This document shows positions 1-8,630 of a stretch of 64,000 nt of DNA, piece after piece. The notes below the pieces were generated by a model that did no database searches, was not told the DNA's origin, and worked only from the letters and a program-made list of their open reading frames with translations. Origin of the DNA: Candidatus Vogelbacteria bacterium. GTDB lineage: Bacteria; Patescibacteriota; Minisyncoccia; Phycocordibacterales; XYD1-FULL-46-19. Positions within the stretch are counted from its first letter, which is position 1, and each line of letters begins with the position of its first letter. The position numbers and the translations under genes were made by a program. Where the stretch lies: assembly GCA_903864935.1 (NCBI GenBank), contig CAIPHT010000007.1:16293-80292 (forward strand), given 5' to 3'.

Positions 1-323
1 CGCTTAGCAAAATCAAGATGCGTGCGGGGGACAGCTAAATAGAAATTGATTTCTTCACCAAGATTCTTGACCGCCACCTCGAAGACGAAGGGCTCATTGA
101 TTGATGAGAGAGAAGAGAAGAGTTGCTCGGACAAATTTATTTCCTTGAGCGGATCCATCTTGTCCTCACCGGCCAAACGGGGAATGCGAATCTGGAGTAT
201 TCTTAGGTTCAAACTCTTCCAATGTCTTCGTCGCTTGCGATACCAAGAGAAAAGGGCTATCCCAAGAACGCCCAAAACGGCCAAAGAAAGAAAAATGGAG
301 AGATAATAGCCGTAGTCAAACAT
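1..323 (-). CDS. hypothetical membrane-anchored protein, N-terminal part only (gene runs off the window start)
   Basis: ATG at 323..321 overlaps the stop of the upstream minus-strand gene (TAATG). Translation MFDYGYYLSIFLSLAVLGVLGIALFSWYRKRRRHW... has one N-terminal TM helix and stays open to position 1. Not in the supplied ORF track (edge-truncated). Preferred over the low-complexity plus-strand ORF 46..306. Confidence 0.4.
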   Translation of the reverse strand, partial: MFDYGYYLSIFLSLAVLGVLGIALFSWYRKRRRHWKSLNLRILQIRIPRLAGEDKMDPLKEINLSEQLFSSLSSINEPFVFEVAVKNLGEEINFYLAVPRTHLDFAK

Positions 324-739
324 TATTTTGCTTTAATAAAGCCTCTTTGCACAAGTTCATCATACATGCGATCTACCAGAGCGTCGTGAAGAACATCCAC
401 CCGATAAGGTCCACTGATTTCGGCTTCGGCCACCGCCTTAGCAATCCCGGTCTCGGGCAATTTTTGAATCAAGAGACTTATCGCTTCGGCCGTCTCACTA
501 TCAACAGTATCAAGATAACTATCATCCTTCACCATTGTTGCCTGACTCGTCTGGGTCGAGCCATTTCCCGCAACAGGGACTTGCCCCATCGGCATTTGAT
601 TAGCGCCAGTAAACATCTCGCGCAAGGCACTCCCAACTAACTCCTTCTCTTCAACGATCCCACCTTGCTGCTCAAGTTGATTCTTCTTCTCTTCGATCTT
701 CTGCTGCAATTGCGCAATTTCTAATTCAAGATTATCCAT
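323..739 (-). CDS. hypothetical protein
   Basis: 138-aa ORF with coiled-coil-like N-terminus (LELEIAQLQQKIEEKKNQLEQQ); no recognisable family. Confidence 0.5.
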   Translation of the reverse strand: MDNLELEIAQLQQKIEEKKNQLEQQGGIVEEKELVGSALREMFTGANQMPMGQVPVAGNGSTQTSQATMVKDDSYLDTVDSETAEAISLLIQKLPETGIAKAVAEAEISGPYRVDVLHDALVDRMYDELVQRGFIKAK

Positions 740-801
740 ATTATTTTAATTATTTATATCCTCAATTATAGTATGTTATAGTTTAACAGTCTATAAAAAT
801 T

Positions 802-2691
802 ATGAATTATCTCGATCAATTAAATCAACCCCAAAGAGAGGCGGTGGAATATCAAGAAGGACCATTACTGGTAATTGCTGGCGCCGGCGCCGGGAAGACT
901 CGCACCATTGCTTATCGCATTTTGCACCTTATTAAATCCGGGATTGCGCCGGATAATATCTTGGCCATTACTTTTACCAACAAAGCCGCCCGCGAGATGC
1001 GCGAGCGAGTCGAAAAGCTGCTAGAAGGGGATAAGAAGGGGACACCAATGCTAACTACATTCCACTCTTTTGGCGTTTATGTCTTACGCCACAGCGGAGC
1101 CAGGCTCGGCCTCTCGACACACTTCTCAATCTTCGACCGCGATGAGTCAGTGGCCAAGATAAAAGAAGCCATGCGCGCTATGAGTATCGACGAGAAACGA
1201 TTCGAGCCTAAGAAAGTGTTAAATGCTATCTCTAAGCAAAAAGGAGATAATATTAGCGCCAAAGAATTTGCGGGGACTCAATCAAACAATGTCTATGGCA
1301 AGATAATTAGCCAGATTTGGACCAGATATGACGAATTGCTCAAGGCCAACAAGGCTCTTGATTTCGATGATTTGCTTCTTAAAACTGTTGAGCTGTTCAA
1401 GACCAACCCCGATATTCTTGCTACTTACCAAGACCGCTTCAAATATATTCATATTGATGAGTATCAGGATACTAATGTTGTGCAATACGAGCTCACCAAC
1501 CTTTTAGCCGCCAAATATAAAAATATCTGTGTGGTGGGCGATATGGACCAATCCATCTATGGCTGGCGCGGGGCCGACTTCACCAACCTCATGCGCTTCG
1601 AGAAGGATTATAAAGGCGCCAAGATGGTGCTCTTGGAAGAGAATTATCGTTCCACCCAGACAATTCTTAGCGCCGCCAACCAAGTCATTGAGAAAAACAA
1701 GCAACGCCACGAGAAAAAACTTTTTACCAAGAATAAAGAGGGGGCGCAGATCGGACTCTACACAGGGATGGAAGAAGGGGACGAAGCCAGCTTTATGGCC
1801 CAAAAAGCGAAGGAATTAATAAGTAGTGGAGTCACTCCTAACGAGATTGCCGTTCTTTACCGCGCCAACTTCCAATCCCGCGTACTTGAAGAGGCCTGCC
1901 TACGCGCCGATGTACCTTATCAGGTGCTCGGCACCCGCTTCTTCGATCGTAAAGAAATTAAAGATATTGTGGCCTTCGTGCGCGCGGCACTAAACCCCGA
2001 AGATTGGGAGAATATGAAGCGCGTTATCAATGTTCCACCAAGGGGGATTGGCAAAACAACATTACTAAAACTGGCGGCTGGACAATTCGAAGAACTCCCC
2101 GCTGGGATGAAGCTCAAAATTTCGCAGTTTAAAAAAATCCTTAGTGAAGTCAGTGATTTTGCCATTCAAAATAAACCATCTGAACTTATAAAATTTATTT
2201 TAGACAAGACAGGTCTAGAAAAAAGTCTTAAAGAAGATGGTGAAGACGGACAAGAAAGGCTTGAGAACATTAAAGAATTGGTCAACGTCGCCACCAAATA
2301 TGATGCCCTGCCCCCCGAAGAGGCGATTGAGGCCATGATGACTGAGATAGCGCTCGCCAGCGACCAAGATGAACTTGATCAGCCTAAATCTGGTATCAAA
2401 TTAATGACCGTCCACGCCGCCAAAGGATTAGAGTTTGATTATGTTTTTATCACCGGTCTCGAACAAGACCTCTTCCCTCATGCGGGGATGGGCGACGGTA
2501 AACGCGACACCGAAGAAGAGCGCCGTCTCTTCTACGTCGCTGTCACTCGTGCTCGACACAAACTCTATTTATCTTATGCCCAGACCCGCCAAGTCTTCGG
2601 TCAGCGTCGCGTCAATATGCCCTCCGAATTCATCTTCGACATCGACGAGAACCTCATCGAGACCGAGTCCGGCCTGTGGACGATAATTTAA
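802..2691 (+). CDS. pcrA: ATP-dependent DNA helicase, UvrD/PcrA/Rep family
   Basis: Walker A GAGAGKTRT, motif Ia TFTNKAAREM, motif II DEYQDTN, C-terminal VTRARHKLYLSY; full-length SF1 helicase. Confidence 0.9.
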   Translation: MNYLDQLNQPQREAVEYQEGPLLVIAGAGAGKTRTIAYRILHLIKSGIAPDNILAITFTNKAAREMRERVEKLLEGDKKGTPMLTTFHSFGVYVLRHSGARLGLSTHFSIFDRDESVAKIKEAMRAMSIDEKRFEPKKVLNAISKQKGDNISAKEFAGTQSNNVYGKIISQIWTRYDELLKANKALDFDDLLLKTVELFKTNPDILATYQDRFKYIHIDEYQDTNVVQYELTNLLAAKYKNICVVGDMDQSIYGWRGADFTNLMRFEKDYKGAKMVLLEENYRSTQTILSAANQVIEKNKQRHEKKLFTKNKEGAQIGLYTGMEEGDEASFMAQKAKELISSGVTPNEIAVLYRANFQSRVLEEACLRADVPYQVLGTRFFDRKEIKDIVAFVRAALNPEDWENMKRVINVPPRGIGKTTLLKLAAGQFEELPAGMKLKISQFKKILSEVSDFAIQNKPSELIKFILDKTGLEKSLKEDGEDGQERLENIKELVNVATKYDALPPEEAIEAMMTEIALASDQDELDQPKSGIKLMTVHAAKGLEFDYVFITGLEQDLFPHAGMGDGKRDTEEERRLFYVAVTRARHKLYLSYAQTRQVFGQRRVNMPSEFIFDIDENLIETESGLWTII

Positions 2692-2711
2692 TTTAGGGCA
2701 TAATTGAGGAG

Positions 2712-3536
2712 ATGGAAAATGTTCGAGCAAAAAAATCTTTAGGGCAAAACTGGCTCAAGTCGGAGAGCGCAATCAAGGAGATTGTTAAAGCCGGTGAGAT
2801 TAAGCCAGGGGATTGGGTGCTCGAGATTGGCCCCGGCCGTGGGGTTCTCACCCAAGCCTTACTTCTCGCCGAAGCTCGTGTCGTCGCGGCCGAGAAGGAT
2901 GACCGGCTTATTGATTTCTTGCACGAGAAATTTGCTGAAGAAATAAAGGCAGGTAAACTCATTTTAATTCACGATGACATTCTAAATATCGATTTCTCAG
3001 TAGGGTGGAAGAGTAAGGCCGAACCCTACAAGCTCATCGCCAATATTCCTTATTACATCACCGGCCAAGTGATAAGGAAGTTCTTGAGCGAAGAAGAACT
3101 CCAACCAAGTTTAATGGTCTTAATGGTGCAAAAAGAGGTGGCGCGAAGAATTGTGGCTAGTGATAACAAAGAATCAATCTTATCAATGTCGGTCAAGGTT
3201 TATGGCGAACCAAAATATATCAAGACTGTCCCCGCTGGCGCCTTCGAACCCAAACCAAATGTTGACTCAGCGATTTTACAAATAAAAAATATCTCCCGCG
3301 ACTTCTTTTTAGCCAAAAAAGATTTACTAGAAGGTGACGGCGAAGAAATCAGCGAGGCCAACTTTTTCAAAATCTTAAAAAAAGGTTTCGCCCAAAAACG
3401 TAAGCTATTAAAGGGTAATTTGGGAGTGGGGGAGGAGACCCTGATCAATTGCAAGATCTCCCCCAACGCCCGCGCTGAAGATCTAGCTCTGGAGAACTGG
3501 CAATGTCTAACGCGAGAAATGGGCAAAATTAGCTAA
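2712..3536 (+). CDS. rsmA: 16S rRNA (adenine1518/1519-N6)-dimethyltransferase RsmA/KsgA
   Basis: N-terminal KKSLGQNWL box and SAM-binding VLEIGPGRGVLT motif; typical length (274 aa). Confidence 0.85.
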   Translation: MENVRAKKSLGQNWLKSESAIKEIVKAGEIKPGDWVLEIGPGRGVLTQALLLAEARVVAAEKDDRLIDFLHEKFAEEIKAGKLILIHDDILNIDFSVGWKSKAEPYKLIANIPYYITGQVIRKFLSEEELQPSLMVLMVQKEVARRIVASDNKESILSMSVKVYGEPKYIKTVPAGAFEPKPNVDSAILQIKNISRDFFLAKKDLLEGDGEEISEANFFKILKKGFAQKRKLLKGNLGVGEETLINCKISPNARAEDLALENWQCLTREMGKIS

Positions 3537-3538
3537 GC

Positions 3539-4465
3539 CTACGCTGACATATGGTCGGCGTTGATACGAACGTGCCAGTGAGGACCCGAGCCTCCAGTAT
3601 TGCCATAATTCTCGTCAAGATACTCATCGCCATTAGGCATCACGTAGTGAGTCCCTGAGCTATTAGTATAATGACTCGCCGAATTACTCGTGACATAAGC
3701 ATCCACCCCAGGATCTTTATTGAGATCAAAAACTGGTTTGCCCGTACCATGCTCGCCCGGAGGGGTAGGGTTGCCGGGCTGGCGCGCTCCACTGGTAATC
3801 TCCACATTGCAACCTGGGCCACAATCTTGCGATAAATCTTCGGCCCCGGCAATCGCGTTATTAGGCAATTTGCCAACTGGAGACAAGGTAGGAGAAAGAC
3901 CAGGGGCAATATGAACCCCATTAGCCTCAAGACCCGCCCGAGTTTGAGCTTCTGTTTGGCCACCATCAGCCGGGGTCTCGCTCCCAGGGCCACTAGGCTT
4001 CACAGGGGGCTGAGTGGTGTTAGCCGAGGTCTCTTGATATTCAGAGCCTTGGGTTCCGTTATTATTTTGAGAAGACGAATTACCAGATTGGGCCAAATGA
4101 GTCGCGTCTGAAGTCCCAACAATCGTGATAACCGGATGCATTCCCAAACTAACCCGATAAGGACCCACCTGAATAGCGCATTCTTGTTCTCCCTGGACAT
4201 TGCCAAGAAGCCAATTGCCGGGGAGTTCAATATTGCTGTAAGGATAGAGACGGCTTGTCAGCTTATTAAAGATAACTTTTGGTGGACCAGCGACAGCGGT
4301 ATTGATGATTAATAAATTGCCGCCAGAGGCCGTGCAAATAATGACAAATAACGAAAAGCCCCCAAAAGGCGTTTGCCCGGCCGTCGCCAGAGCCCCTCTT
4401 AAAGGGAAAAGGCAAAAAAGAGCAATTATAAGGGGGAAAATAGTTATCCGAGTAAAAAATCTCAT
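3539..4465 (-). CDS. secreted/membrane-anchored low-complexity (Gly/Ser/Thr/Pro-rich) protein
   Basis: N-terminal hydrophobic signal/anchor (IFPLIIALFCLFPL), long compositionally biased region, C-terminal GSGPHWHVRINADH; co-oriented with the downstream 4469..5230 gene. Confidence 0.5.
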   Translation of the reverse strand: MRFFTRITIFPLIIALFCLFPLRGALATAGQTPFGGFSLFVIICTASGGNLLIINTAVAGPPKVIFNKLTSRLYPYSNIELPGNWLLGNVQGEQECAIQVGPYRVSLGMHPVITIVGTSDATHLAQSGNSSSQNNNGTQGSEYQETSANTTQPPVKPSGPGSETPADGGQTEAQTRAGLEANGVHIAPGLSPTLSPVGKLPNNAIAGAEDLSQDCGPGCNVEITSGARQPGNPTPPGEHGTGKPVFDLNKDPGVDAYVTSNSASHYTNSSGTHYVMPNGDEYLDENYGNTGGSGPHWHVRINADHMSA

Positions 4466-4468
4466 ATT

Positions 4469-5230
4469 TTATCTTATTTGGTAGTTAAAAGTTAGCTCAC
4501 CACTCTTCCCGTTGGAATTAGTAACATAAACGGTAATCGGAACAGATATTGACGAGGCAACCCCTCCAGGCAAGGAGTTGATACTACTTAAAACTTCGCC
4601 ACTTAGCGGAATCGAGAAGTTGAAACTCAAACTTTGCCCGTCGGCCGAAGAGATATTATTAAAAGTCTGAAATTTAGTGATAATAGTGTTGCCCGTCTTA
4701 GTAAAACCCTCACCCCGAAGAGTTATTGTCCCCCCATTTGAGACAATTGTCGGTGAAAGAGAGTAAATTTTGGGCGTAATCTTCCTAATCGCCGGGGTCA
4801 CTCTCTGGGAGGAGACCGTCTCTTTAGTTTGAGCACTTGGTTCTGGCCAGTCAGTGGGGATAAGCGCCATCTTACTCTTTCTGGCGCTGAGCAATTTGGG
4901 ACCGAGTTGATTTATCAATTGAACAGTTTGCGGACCAATCTGGCCCGTTTCGCCCATAATTCCGTATTTTTTCTGGAATTTTATGACCGCCAGACGCGTT
5001 TTATCACCAAAGTATTCGGTCTCTTTGCCAAGTGACCCATCGCCAGACACTCCAAGCCTTGTCGCTGGGTCAAGGTTTAAGACAATTTGCGCGATCTGGA
5101 CAGCCAAACCACGCATACCCAAGAAAAGAACCGGGCTCGAGGTCGCCGCCAGAGTTTTGCCAGTTGGGAAAGCAATAATTACCCCCAAAATGGCCACCAG
5201 AAAAATTATTTTGAAAGAAATTTTAAACAT
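4469..5230 (-). CDS. secreted protein with peptidoglycan-binding (PG_binding_1-like) domain and C-terminal IPT/TIG-like beta domain
   Basis: Signal peptide MFKISFKIIFLVAILGVIIAFPTGKTLAA. Motif GMRGLAVQIAQIVLNL...GVSGDGSLGKETEYFGDKTRLAVIKFQKKYGI matches the PG-binding repeat pattern. C-terminal segment YSLSPTIVSNGGTITLRGEGF is TIG-like. Confidence 0.55.
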   Translation of the reverse strand: MFKISFKIIFLVAILGVIIAFPTGKTLAATSSPVLFLGMRGLAVQIAQIVLNLDPATRLGVSGDGSLGKETEYFGDKTRLAVIKFQKKYGIMGETGQIGPQTVQLINQLGPKLLSARKSKMALIPTDWPEPSAQTKETVSSQRVTPAIRKITPKIYSLSPTIVSNGGTITLRGEGFTKTGNTIITKFQTFNNISSADGQSLSFNFSIPLSGEVLSSINSLPGGVASSISVPITVYVTNSNGKSGELTFNYQIR

Positions 5231-5325
5231 AGAAATTGCGTAAGCTAATCATAAATTAAAATTAGCGATTTATCCACTATTTAACGTGCATAAAATGGAG
5301 ATTAAGTAGTATAATTAAGGCACTC

Positions 5326-6018
5326 TTGATTAATCTACCAAGCAAAAGAGTGATATGGCTAGTAATTGTCCTAGTGGTAATTGCCGTTAGTGTTTTGTGG
5401 TATGCCGGATATCAAGACCGCAAAGATAAAGAGGCCAAACTCGCGCAATATACCAAGGAATTTCTCGACAAACAAAAGAACATTGAAGCGGTCGCGGTTA
5501 AAGAACTACAAGGAGATGCCACCGGTAGGACTCCGATAGACAGTATCCCGCCACTTACGATATCAACCTCGACAGCCAGCTCCACCGAACAACTTCGCAT
5601 TTATAATCTCGCGGTCATTGAGGCCCTCAAGCCTCTGAGTGTTAAAAGGGCCAATGAACCCCAAGCTGTTCTTGAGGCGATAGATAAGAACGACCCTTCG
5701 CTACTACGACCGGTAGTGGAGTCAAGAATATATCATCAGACAGTAGCACAGAATCTAGCCCAGATTGTTGTTCCCAAAGAAATCCTAACCGAGCACAAGA
5801 AAATCATCAGTGATCTCAATTTTCTCGTGAGCATTCTTCGCAGTATGGAAGTGGCCACCGAGCAACCCCAGCTAGCTCTGACCAATAGCAAGGCTCTCAT
5901 CACCAATTACCCTGTTCTGATTAAGGATATCAATAACCTAACACAGCATCTTGTTGACCGCGGAGTAAAATTAGGAACCAAAGACCAAATTCAAATTTTT
6001 GTTAGTTTTGCCCAATAA
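5326..6018 (+). CDS. bitopic membrane protein (single N-terminal TM, extracytoplasmic domain); first gene of the T4SS-like operon
   Basis: TM VIWLVIVLVVIAVSVLWYAGY followed by a ~200-aa soluble domain; overlaps the next gene by 20 nt (translational coupling). Size and topology resemble VirB8/PrgL-like components (inference only). Confidence 0.45.
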   Translation: MINLPSKRVIWLVIVLVVIAVSVLWYAGYQDRKDKEAKLAQYTKEFLDKQKNIEAVAVKELQGDATGRTPIDSIPPLTISTSTASSTEQLRIYNLAVIEALKPLSVKRANEPQAVLEAIDKNDPSLLRPVVESRIYHQTVAQNLAQIVVPKEILTEHKKIISDLNFLVSILRSMEVATEQPQLALTNSKALITNYPVLIKDINNLTQHLVDRGVKLGTKDQIQIFVSFAQ

Positions 6019-8629
6019 AATGCGACACCAGTTAAAAACCATAAGAAGTTTAAAAATCCTCCTTGTTTTAGGATTAGTTCTTTTTGTTTTTAATTTTGTC
6101 AGCCCCAAGGTAGCCTTAGCCCTACCATTCCCGAATATTGATACGAGTCTTCTCCCGGGGATAAGTGATACGATACTAGACCCAACGGCACCAACTAATG
6201 GAGATAACGCCGACCCCATTGCTGAACGCCAAAAGAAAGATGAGGAACAGGCAAAACTTGAAGCGGATAGATTGAAGAAAGCTCAAGAAGAAGAGGACGT
6301 TAAGCTCTGCAAGAAAGATCAAGAATCAGTCAACACCGAAGTCGGAGCCGCCGCCTCAGGCGATGCCAGACAAGCTGACGCTTATGACCCTAAGAAACCG
6401 ATAACCGACGCCAATGGTGATGGCATCCCAGACCCGATTCCACCCGCCTGCACCAGTGCCAATGGTAATTCGCCTGCCTATACCGCCGCCTGGGAAGGCT
6501 TCACCCCGAGAGCTTTTAATGACATGGGGCACCAGACAATTGGGATGGGACATCAAATTACCGGCCATGAACCATTCGATGTGAGTGGCGATATCACCCA
6601 AGCCCAAGCGCAACAGTTATATGATGCCGATTATGCCACCGCCCGTTCGAATGCGGAACAATCGGCCACACGACACGGTGTTGATTGGCAAACCCTAAGT
6701 CCAGAACGTCAAACCGTTCTGACTGATATGAGTTTCAACATGGGGGCCTCGGGAGGTGGCGGAGTTGATGGCTTCGGTGATATGTGGGCCAACACCCGAC
6801 AAGCCCAACAAACAGGGGATCAGCGCTATTGGGATGCTGCCGGAGATGAGATTGTTGACAGTACTTATGGGCACCAATTAAAAACACGGTCTGAATACAA
6901 TGCCAATGTCATGCGCACCAGCGATAGCGCCTCAGTTGACCAGCAAGCCAACGCGACAGCATTGAGTCGCGGTCTATGTAGTGGCACAACCGCCTTCAAC
7001 TGGCAGAAACCTTTTAGCCTCTTCGCCATGCTCTTCGGTTCACAAATCGCCGAAGCCGTTGGCGGAACATTTGTCCCCGTGCAAGAGCAAGAGGGGGGCC
7101 TGATGGACAAGACTAAAGAGATCCAAACCAACACCGAACAAACCAGGAATCTCTCTATCCAAATTTGTACTCATCTTCGAGCCATCAAACGCATCCAACA
7201 AGAATTCGAGAAAAAAATGGTAGAGGATGCCAATGTTTCCCGTGTCAAAGCGACTGAGATTGCGAAGTATCAACAAGCACTTAATGGCAACAACGGGTTA
7301 CTAAAAACCGGATATGCCCTAATAGACGAGGATGGAAATGAAACAAAATTGGACCAAGGAATGCCTCTCTATATAGTAAATCAACAAGACTACATGGAAA
7401 AAGCGTCAAGAGAGGGAATCCAGGTGGCAATTGACGATATTACCCAAACACACAATATTTATAATAACCTTGTCTTGGCGAGCCTCCAATCTGAAGCTGG
7501 AGACAACGGCTTAGACTCCGGTCCAAGTATGGAGGATATTCAGAATGTCTTAGGCACCGATAACCCACAAGCGTCAACTGTTGTTGCAAAAAGCTCTTTT
7601 GATAATATTCCCATAATAACAAGCCTGCTCAAACCATTGCGTCAAACTTTTGCCTGGCTAACAGGAAGCGAGGCTTACGCTCTCGACAATAGCACAACCC
7701 AAAACAAGAGCACTGATCCTCGCCAATATTGGCCTAGCCTTATAAAGTTAGCCAAGGAGAATCCCTACACCAGTTATTTAAAGAACGTTGATTATATTAA
7801 TCAAAGTGAAAGTAAAGCCGTGCTCGCAGCAAGAGACACAGCCATACAAGGACAGGGCTTTTTACCAATTCGAACCTGTTTGCAGAAAACCTCTGATGGC
7901 AAAACCTGCTCTATCTGGGGAACATCTCAACCGGGAGCAATTGTTAAAGAAACAACAGCCGCGGCCGCTAATTCTCGTCTCACTCAGTATGAGAATGCCG
8001 ACACGGTTGGCGAGATAATCCAAGGCAACGAACCAAACATTACCGAACTCATAACCAACCTCCCAGCCGAGGGGGGCGGAGGAGCCGTGGGGCCGGGGAT
8101 GAGATCGGCAGAACAGATTTCCCAATCAATACAAACAATGTCGAGTAACCCCTCGACAAATCTCCCCGGGCAAATCATTAACATTGGTGGCGGCAATAAC
8201 TATAACGACAATGTTAACAGTGCCTTAAACGCCTCTGGTCTTGAAGGTCTATTGGGTAGCCTCTTCGGCAACAGCGATAAGCCAAACTTGTCCTCAAATA
8301 GCGAGCTCCAAGGGATAATAGATTCTCTCAAGCAAACCTTTTCCCTTATCTGGAATTTACTAAATCCGATCGTCATTGTTGGCACTAAGGCCAAAGACAA
8401 CGGCAACAAATTGCTCTACTGGTACTCACCAAACGCCAATGATTGCTCAACCACCAATGATTGGATGAGCGCCGGAGCCGAACAGGGGGTTATTAAAGCC
8501 AAGGGCGAGAGCTTAGGCGGTGTTGATAGCAGTCTCTTGGTTACCCCCACCACCACTACGAAATATAAGTTAAAATGTATGAACGGTAATGGCAACTCTG
8601 ACGAGAAAACTCTTGAAGTAAAAATATAA
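5999..8629 (+). CDS. large secreted protein with embedded GH24 (phage/T4-type) lysozyme domain
   Basis: Signal/TM at N-terminus. Segment WEGFTPRAFNDMGHQTIGMGHQITGH...LSPERQTVLTDMSFNMGASG...YWDAAGDEIVDSTYGHQLKTRSEYNANVM follows the GH24 pattern (catalytic Glu, TIGxGH, LxxxQxxALxxxxFNxG, GLxxRRxxExxLF-like). 876 aa. Confidence 0.6.
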   Translation: MLVLPNKMRHQLKTIRSLKILLVLGLVLFVFNFVSPKVALALPFPNIDTSLLPGISDTILDPTAPTNGDNADPIAERQKKDEEQAKLEADRLKKAQEEEDVKLCKKDQESVNTEVGAAASGDARQADAYDPKKPITDANGDGIPDPIPPACTSANGNSPAYTAAWEGFTPRAFNDMGHQTIGMGHQITGHEPFDVSGDITQAQAQQLYDADYATARSNAEQSATRHGVDWQTLSPERQTVLTDMSFNMGASGGGGVDGFGDMWANTRQAQQTGDQRYWDAAGDEIVDSTYGHQLKTRSEYNANVMRTSDSASVDQQANATALSRGLCSGTTAFNWQKPFSLFAMLFGSQIAEAVGGTFVPVQEQEGGLMDKTKEIQTNTEQTRNLSIQICTHLRAIKRIQQEFEKKMVEDANVSRVKATEIAKYQQALNGNNGLLKTGYALIDEDGNETKLDQGMPLYIVNQQDYMEKASREGIQVAIDDITQTHNIYNNLVLASLQSEAGDNGLDSGPSMEDIQNVLGTDNPQASTVVAKSSFDNIPIITSLLKPLRQTFAWLTGSEAYALDNSTTQNKSTDPRQYWPSLIKLAKENPYTSYLKNVDYINQSESKAVLAARDTAIQGQGFLPIRTCLQKTSDGKTCSIWGTSQPGAIVKETTAAAANSRLTQYENADTVGEIIQGNEPNITELITNLPAEGGGGAVGPGMRSAEQISQSIQTMSSNPSTNLPGQIINIGGGNNYNDNVNSALNASGLEGLLGSLFGNSDKPNLSSNSELQGIIDSLKQTFSLIWNLLNPIVIVGTKAKDNGNKLLYWYSPNANDCSTTNDWMSAGAEQGVIKAKGESLGGVDSSLLVTPTTTTKYKLKCMNGNGNSDEKTLEVKI

Positions 8630-8630
8630 A

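Noticed and set aside
46-306. 86-aa plus-strand ORF at the window start
   Set aside because: Low-complexity Arg/Lys-rich translation with no start context. The antisense frame encodes a TM-anchored protein whose ATG overlaps the upstream gene's stop (operon-style), so the minus-strand partial gene is preferred.
3640-4230. Nested ORFs (3640..3993 minus, 3720..3914 plus, 3911..4111 plus, 4000..4230 minus) inside the low-complexity secreted protein gene
   Set aside because: Alternate-frame artefacts of a GC-richer, repetitive coding region. The 308-aa frame has the signal peptide.
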